Shown here piece after piece: positions 58,986 to 64,000 of a stretch of 64,000 nt of DNA (positions are counted from its first letter, which is position 1; each line of letters begins with the position of its first letter). Where the stretch lies: the sequence record OQ834936, one strand, 5' to 3'. The notes beneath the pieces were generated by a model. The model did no database searches. It worked only from the letters and a program-made list of their open reading frames with translations, and was not told the DNA's origin. The DNA comes from Shigella phage Henu12. A program made the position numbers and the translations under genes.

Positions 58986-60089
58986 TTACTCAGCGTCTGA
59001 ACGAACGTCAACAAGCAGTTGAGGACGTGTGCAGTATGGCAGCATGTAAGAGTGGGCTTCGAAGTCAATACCTTCGTCACGGTCTTTCTCATATTCGAAC
59101 ACATACAGTTCCTGACCCAGAGTGTTTGCATAACCCATCTTAGGACATGGAGCGTAAGCAACTTCGAAGATGTTGTTAGCTTCACCCAACATTGCTACGT
59201 TAGGGAATGCGTGACCTACACCAACATTAGTATCAGATACACCGTCAATGCTAACCAGAGTATGAGTCTTACCACGCTTATCTTTGAACTTACCGTTGTA
59301 CTGTACGAATACAACACCACCGTAGTAGAAGCGGTTCATGTGAGCCTGAACACCATCAGTACCACCAGTTCTCAGAGAACCAGTAATCTGTTGCCAAGCC
59401 AGCGGAGTCTGCTGTGCAAGGTATGCGTCACGAATCTTAGGATGCTTGATAAGCTTGCTGAAGAAAGTTCTGTCAACAACGATGTGAATTTCTTCACCGT
59501 TGATTACAGTACCTGTCTTAGCTTCATCTTCCATGTGCATACGCAGGTCTTCAATGTGCGCATCGATATCAGAGTTCGGGTTGTCCAAGTCGAAGTAGAT
59601 AGTCTTCTTAGTTACATCGAACTGCTTGTACAGGTCTGCGTACAGAACACCGTTAGCGTCGATAACTTTACCCTTCAGGGCTTGCATAAACAAGAACTCA
59701 CGAGTAATATCAAACTTGGTACGAATCTTCATCAGCTTCTTAGCACGTACAACTGCTTCAGTAGTCAGTTCATTTGCAGTGCCTGGCTGACGAACACCCT
59801 GAATCTCATCAGGAGTGATGCTCTCAACTTCCTTGAAGTACATCATCGGGAAGCTAATCTGACGAACACGCTCAGGAGCGCTAGTCTCAGCTTTACGGCT
59901 GGTACGGTCTACCGCATCCAGTAAGCTGATATCCCAATCAGTCAAGTCCATCAGGAAAGTAGTCTGTGTTTGTGGAGCAGAACGGAACAGTCCCAGACCA
60001 GAGATATATCCGTAAGTATTTGGAATAGACTGGACTTCACCAGTTAAGTCAGCAAGGAAAAATCTGCTTTTTTCAGAATTAGTCAACAT
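58986..60089 (-). CDS. major capsid protein
   Basis: 367 aa, downstream of protease/scaffold and decoration genes. Confidence 0.7.
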   Translation of the reverse strand: MLTNSEKSRFFLADLTGEVQSIPNTYGYISGLGLFRSAPQTQTTFLMDLTDWDISLLDAVDRTSRKAETSAPERVRQISFPMMYFKEVESITPDEIQGVRQPGTANELTTEAVVRAKKLMKIRTKFDITREFLFMQALKGKVIDANGVLYADLYKQFDVTKKTIYFDLDNPNSDIDAHIEDLRMHMEDEAKTGTVINGEEIHIVVDRTFFSKLIKHPKIRDAYLAQQTPLAWQQITGSLRTGGTDGVQAHMNRFYYGGVVFVQYNGKFKDKRGKTHTLVSIDGVSDTNVGVGHAFPNVAMLGEANNIFEVAYAPCPKMGYANTLGQELYVFEYEKDRDEGIDFEAHSYMLPYCTRPQLLVDVRSDAE

Positions 60090-60120
60090 TGTAAAATTCT
60101 CCAGAATGTCTTATTATTAA

Positions 60121-60498
60121 TTACAGGCCAGTTGGGACGAAATCAATACCTTTCGCCTTAAGAGCAGACTTGACAGCAGCAGCATCAACACTATCTGCCA
60201 GAGTTAGCATGTCTTTCAGTTCAGCGTCACGGTAAATACCAACAACTTTTAACTGACCGTGGTAAGACAGTTGTAGGTCTGCGTAGAAGTTAACGATACA
60301 TACAGAATCTGCCTGAGCTTCTTCACCTGCTGCAACTTTAGTACCATCAGCTTTCAGAACTTCACCTACACGATACTCAGTGCTGGCTACTGGAGCGTAC
60401 TCTTTACGAGAGTGACCAGTTGGTGTAATCTGTTCCCAAAGGATGATATCGTTCAGAGGTTCTCTGTTACCTAATTTAGTAAAACCTTGATATGCCAT
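60121..60498 (-). CDS. head decoration protein (putative)
   Basis: 125 aa, between protease/scaffold and capsid genes (lambda gpD-like position). Confidence 0.5.
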   Translation of the reverse strand: MAYQGFTKLGNREPLNDIILWEQITPTGHSRKEYAPVASTEYRVGEVLKADGTKVAAGEEAQADSVCIVNFYADLQLSYHGQLKVVGIYRDAELKDMLTLADSVDAAAVKSALKAKGIDFVPTGL

Positions 60499-60510
60499 TA
60501 TTTGTGTTCC

Positions 60511-61857
60511 TTATTTGATAAGAGTTTTCAAAGCATTCTGGAGAGCCAGTTTGCGTTGGTCAGCGTTAGCATTAGCATTTGCTTCTGGAGCGGTGTCTTT
60601 ACCGTCATCCACTTCTGCTTCGCCGTCATTGCCAAGTTCTTCCATAGCGTTTGAGTGTTCCAGAACAGCACCAGCAGTTTCTTTCAGCTTAGTGATTTCA
60701 GAATCCTTCTCAGACATGGCAGAAGCATGGGACGCGATAGTTTCATTAAGTTTCTGGTTAGCACCTTCCATAGCATTCATAAACAGAACACTCAGAGGGT
60801 TGTCAAGACCAGCACCTAAAATAGCTGTTGCAGCTTCTTTTGCATCAAACCCAAAAGCTTCAGCAGATGCAGAAATCTTACCAGTTAAATCTGTAAGAAC
60901 TGTTTCCTGTTCCTTAGCTTTCATTTGAGCAACCTGAAGACGCAGAGCTTCTAGTTCTTGCTTTTCTTGTTCAGTCATTTCTTCACCTGAATTGTTTGTG
61001 TTTAAACTTACAGGAGCTTCTTCAGAACCTTGTAAGTAATTTAAGAAATCATCTTGAGACATGATAGAGTTAATTAAACCAAGTTCAAGAGCTTCCTGAG
61101 CAGAATAAACATTCGCCTCAGTATTCTTTACAGCTTCTTCAGAGATATTACGTGAGTCTGCAACAAAACTAGTAAAAGTCTTGTAAGTGTCATCAATTCT
61201 CTTTTGAAGTCTATTCTTGCTTTCTTCTGATAATGCTTGGAATGGGGAACCCATACCTTTAAATTCACCAGCTTTAATAACGTTAATAGTTACGCCATTC
61301 TTTTCAAATGCTTTAGTTAATTCTTGGTGAACCATAATCACACCAATTGAACCAACATCTGCATCTGGTGATGCAATAATTTCTTCAGCGGAAGATGCAA
61401 GAGCGTATGCAGCAGAGCAAGCAAACTCATCTACATAAGCAATAATTTTCTTTTGGCCTCTTGAAGCCATGATGTGACGTGCCAACTCAAAACAACCTGA
61501 CGCTTCACCACCACCTGAATCAACGTGCAGCACGATAGTCTTAATAGACTCATCTGCTAGGGCTTCGTCAAAGCCTCTGCGTAAACCTTCATAAGAACTT
61601 AGTCCACCAGTACACATTGCATCCATGAAGGTCATACGATGTGTTAGGCCACCCATAATAGGGATGATAGCAATGTCTTCTTTAACTTTTAAAAGACTTC
61701 TTGCTTCACCTTTTGGCTTATCGAAGTTTACTGCTGCTTGTACCTCACCTAACAAGCGGTTATTAACATAAGTCGCTGCTGAGTGGGCTAATGATTCTGT
61801 AGCTAGTAAAGGTTGGTTGAATAATCTGTCAGCAAGTCTGAAGATATTCGAACTCAT
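60511..61857 (-). CDS. prohead protease (S49/ClpP-like) fused to scaffold-like C-terminal domain
   Basis: S49-like core with G-rich turn before the nucleophile region (VDSGGGEASG...AYVDEFACSAAY); C-terminal half coiled-coil and Ala/Glu-rich. Confidence 0.7.
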   Translation of the reverse strand: MSSNIFRLADRLFNQPLLATESLAHSAATYVNNRLLGEVQAAVNFDKPKGEARSLLKVKEDIAIIPIMGGLTHRMTFMDAMCTGGLSSYEGLRRGFDEALADESIKTIVLHVDSGGGEASGCFELARHIMASRGQKKIIAYVDEFACSAAYALASSAEEIIASPDADVGSIGVIMVHQELTKAFEKNGVTINVIKAGEFKGMGSPFQALSEESKNRLQKRIDDTYKTFTSFVADSRNISEEAVKNTEANVYSAQEALELGLINSIMSQDDFLNYLQGSEEAPVSLNTNNSGEEMTEQEKQELEALRLQVAQMKAKEQETVLTDLTGKISASAEAFGFDAKEAATAILGAGLDNPLSVLFMNAMEGANQKLNETIASHASAMSEKDSEITKLKETAGAVLEHSNAMEELGNDGEAEVDDGKDTAPEANANANADQRKLALQNALKTLIK

Positions 61858-61868
61858 TTTTACTCACC

Positions 61869-62201
61869 CTATTTATTTAAGTCAATGGATACTGAAGAGA
61901 TAACATAAATTCCTTCTTCAGCAAAGAACTGAGGGCTACTTAGAGCACCTGTTGCCACGCACTTAGAGTTGTCATCCCATAAACTAAAATGAGAAACTGT
62001 AGCAGAAGCCGGAACAGTAATATTAACTGTGTCTTCTGAGGCAATTAATCCATTGTTAGGTTCTGAGAAGAAGATAGCCACTGGCTGAGTAACCTTGTTT
62101 GCTGTAGGGTCTGCCGTTGGGTCTACATTGTGTAATACAATAGTTGTCGGGGTTAGTGTGGCTAGGATTTTATTCTTACCATCAATCGTTAATGTTCCCA
62201 T
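61869..62201 (-). CDS. hypothetical head protein (110 aa)
   Basis: ORF track. Confidence 0.4.
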   Translation of the reverse strand: MGTLTIDGKNKILATLTPTTIVLHNVDPTADPTANKVTQPVAIFFSEPNNGLIASEDTVNITVPASATVSHFSLWDDNSKCVATGALSSPQFFAEEGIYVISSVSIDLNK

Positions 62202-62701
62202 TAATTAAACCTTACTTTTTGTTTAAGGATTGTTGAATGGTTACCAGATTCATCTACCACATTTACAATCATATCATAAACTTTACCTTTGACAAGTACT
62301 TTGTAATCATTTTGTGAAAAAATGTACTCAAGTCTGTTAGACTCTTTATTTACTGTCATTGGAGATTGAAATGCTGTATCAATGGTAATGAATGCAGCTT
62401 CAACACTATTAACGTTAACACGTTTATTCTCACAGTTATATAACTTTACACCCAAAAGGCATGAACTGTCAAATGGAATTTTAACAATTTCGTTACAATT
62501 GTTTGAAATAAACTGTTTTCCGCTCATTGGAGCATCAAGTAACCTGCAAATAGTGAAAACGTCAGAGGTTCCACCATCACTAACATACCCTGAAAGGCTG
62601 ACCCTTGAGCCAGCCTCTACAGTTAATTCATCAGTGATAATTAAGACACCTCTATAAGAATGCACTCGCGTAGCATTGGAAATAGAGATAACTTCTGCCA
62701 T
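62201..62701 (-). CDS. hypothetical head protein (166 aa)
   Basis: ORF track. Confidence 0.4.
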   Translation of the reverse strand: MAEVISISNATRVHSYRGVLIITDELTVEAGSRVSLSGYVSDGGTSDVFTICRLLDAPMSGKQFISNNCNEIVKIPFDSSCLLGVKLYNCENKRVNVNSVEAAFITIDTAFQSPMTVNKESNRLEYIFSQNDYKVLVKGKVYDMIVNVVDESGNHSTILKQKVRFN

Positions 62702-64000
62702 TATTTGTTTGCCTTATTAGCCGTACTTGGGTCTTTAGCTGAAGGAGTTTTAGCAGTCCCTTCTCCAGCAGTTTGATAACCATCACCAGAACGACTTTGA
62801 GTGTTTGGAGATAGCTTCTCAGATACTGGTTTAGACTCATCAGCAGGTTCAAGGTCAAGATATTCTCTAAGCTTGTTAGACAATGGTTTGTCAACTTCCA
62901 GAGCACCAACTGCAACGGTCTTCTGAATAAAGGATGCAATAGCTTCCAAATCTGGAGTCTCAATATCATCATACACAATTTCTACGTGTTCTTCATCATC
63001 CCACATATTCAGTGCATAAGTCTGAGCAACCAAATCACGGTTAATTACATTCTTCACTTGCTTCAGAAGAATATCAACTGACATTGCCAGTAAGCTTGTC
63101 TTAGAATCTGCCAGAGAGAATGAGCCATACTTTGACTGTCCCATAGCAAGAACATCAGACATAAACGCCATCATAATTTGCTTAGAGTATCTATCAATGA
63201 TAGAACCTGTATCATAAGCTTTAGCACCCTGTCGAGAAACTAATGAGAACTCAAAGATATCTTCTTTAGTTTCTGGGTCGATAAATCTAGGCCAAATTAA
63301 ACCTGCTCTGTCATTAGCAATTAAATCATTTACTACTTCTTGGCAGTATTTAACAAAAGCTTTCTTTTCAGGTTCTGCATCTTCACCTAAGTAATCAGGT
63401 GGAAGACCAATCTTTGGCATACCTACTAAGTCTCTGGAAACACCAACTGCTTCAAACTCTTCAATTTGAACTTTGTATTTCCAAGGAACATAAGCATTAA
63501 GTAATGGTGAACGTCCCTCTGGGTTACCATATTCATCGTCATACTTGAACAATAAGAATTTACTTCTAGGAAGCTTTCTTGTCAATGGTTGTTCACCAAG
63601 ATTAATTGCTCCTGCAATATGGGAAACATTACGCAGGTTCTGTCTAACACCAATGACTTTTCTATAGTCAGAGTCAAAGTACCATTTGTCTAATGTAGTC
63701 TGATTACGGATTGGTAATTTAGCCCAACCAATTAAACCATCATTATATTTTGAAGGGTACTTACCTTTCTTGCCTTGACGTTTCTTATAAACTTTCTCGT
63801 TTACACAGAAACCGTAAGTACAGAATGACATTACAGAGTTAATAAAGTCAGCCCAATCGTGCTCCATGTCATTCATTAGTGAGTTAAAGAAATTAGCCCT
63901 TTCAATCATCTTGGCATCTTTCTCTTTTCCCTTCGGTGGTACGAATCTCCAGTTAACCTTTCTGACAAACATCTTAATAATATTTACAGAGGCTGCTACT
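62701..64000 (-). CDS. portal protein (5' end probably beyond the window)
   Basis: Large ORF at the head of the head module upstream of the protease; track begins at Met 63972 but the frame may continue upstream. Confidence 0.55.
   Translation of the reverse strand, partial: VAASVNIIKMFVRKVNWRFVPPKGKEKDAKMIERANFFNSLMNDMEHDWADFINSVMSFCTYGFCVNEKVYKKRQGKKGKYPSKYNDGLIGWAKLPIRNQTTLDKWYFDSDYRKVIGVRQNLRNVSHIAGAINLGEQPLTRKLPRSKFLLFKYDDEYGNPEGRSPLLNAYVPWKYKVQIEEFEAVGVSRDLVGMPKIGLPPDYLGEDAEPEKKAFVKYCQEVVNDLIANDRAGLIWPRFIDPETKEDIFEFSLVSRQGAKAYDTGSIIDRYSKQIMMAFMSDVLAMGQSKYGSFSLADSKTSLLAMSVDILLKQVKNVINRDLVAQTYALNMWDDEEHVEIVYDDIETPDLEAIASFIQKTVAVGALEVDKPLSNKLREYLDLEPADESKPVSEKLSPNTQSRSGDGYQTAGEGTAKTPSAKDPSTANKANK

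Noticed and set aside
59019-59924. 301-aa plus-strand ORF antisense to the major capsid gene
   Set aside because: Entirely inside the capsid gene on the opposite strand of a uniformly minus-strand late block; atypical composition; no RBS noted.
60515-60928. Plus-strand 137-aa ORF
   Set aside because: Antisense to the protease/scaffold gene; Ala/Ser-rich low-complexity translation typical of the reverse frame.

Overview
This 64 kb window reads as a gene-dense, AT-rich segment of a virulent tailed dsDNA phage (contractile-tail, myovirus-type); no integrase, att site, tRNA or CRISPR array was found by eye. It has three transcription blocks. Block 1 (1-31650, minus strand) holds early and DNA-metabolism genes: small early genes separated by repeated promoter/stem-loop cassettes, a TARG1/DarG-like macro-domain protein, a spanin pair and secreted lytic transglycosylase, rIIB and rIIA, a Nampt-like plus Prs-like NAD+ pair, anaerobic RNR NrdD/NrdG, NrdH-like glutaredoxin, aerobic RNR NrdA/NrdB, three homing-endonuclease-like genes, a 5'-3' exonuclease, a gp2.5-like SSB candidate, a T7 gp4-like primase-helicase and a dNMP kinase. 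Block 2 (31909-42009, plus strand) holds a family A DNA polymerase with an HNH-AP2 endonuclease directly downstream, ATP-dependent DNA ligase, many small ORFs, DHFR and thymidylate synthase. Block 3 (42046-64000, minus strand) is the late structural module: two HxH-repeat tail fibres, a P2/Mu-like baseplate set, tape measure, a tail chaperone pair with a -1 frameshift site, tail tube, sheath, neck proteins, major capsid, decoration protein, S49 protease/scaffold and a partial portal. The gene content resembles what I recall of Felix-O1-like phages, but that is from memory and unverified. Protein calls rest on motifs I recognised by eye in the supplied translations, and start codons were re-chosen where an RBS supported an internal Met. 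The most interesting candidates are the macro-domain protein and the Prs-like/Nampt-like pair as possible counter-defence functions, a four-copy tandem repeat array at 1413-1650, and a recurring GGGGCU-N4-AGCCCC stem-loop in three intergenic spacers. Several small ORFs below the 60-aa track cutoff are proposed. One local inconsistency between the displayed sequence and the ORF track near 3338-3361 means coordinates there may be off by 1 nt.
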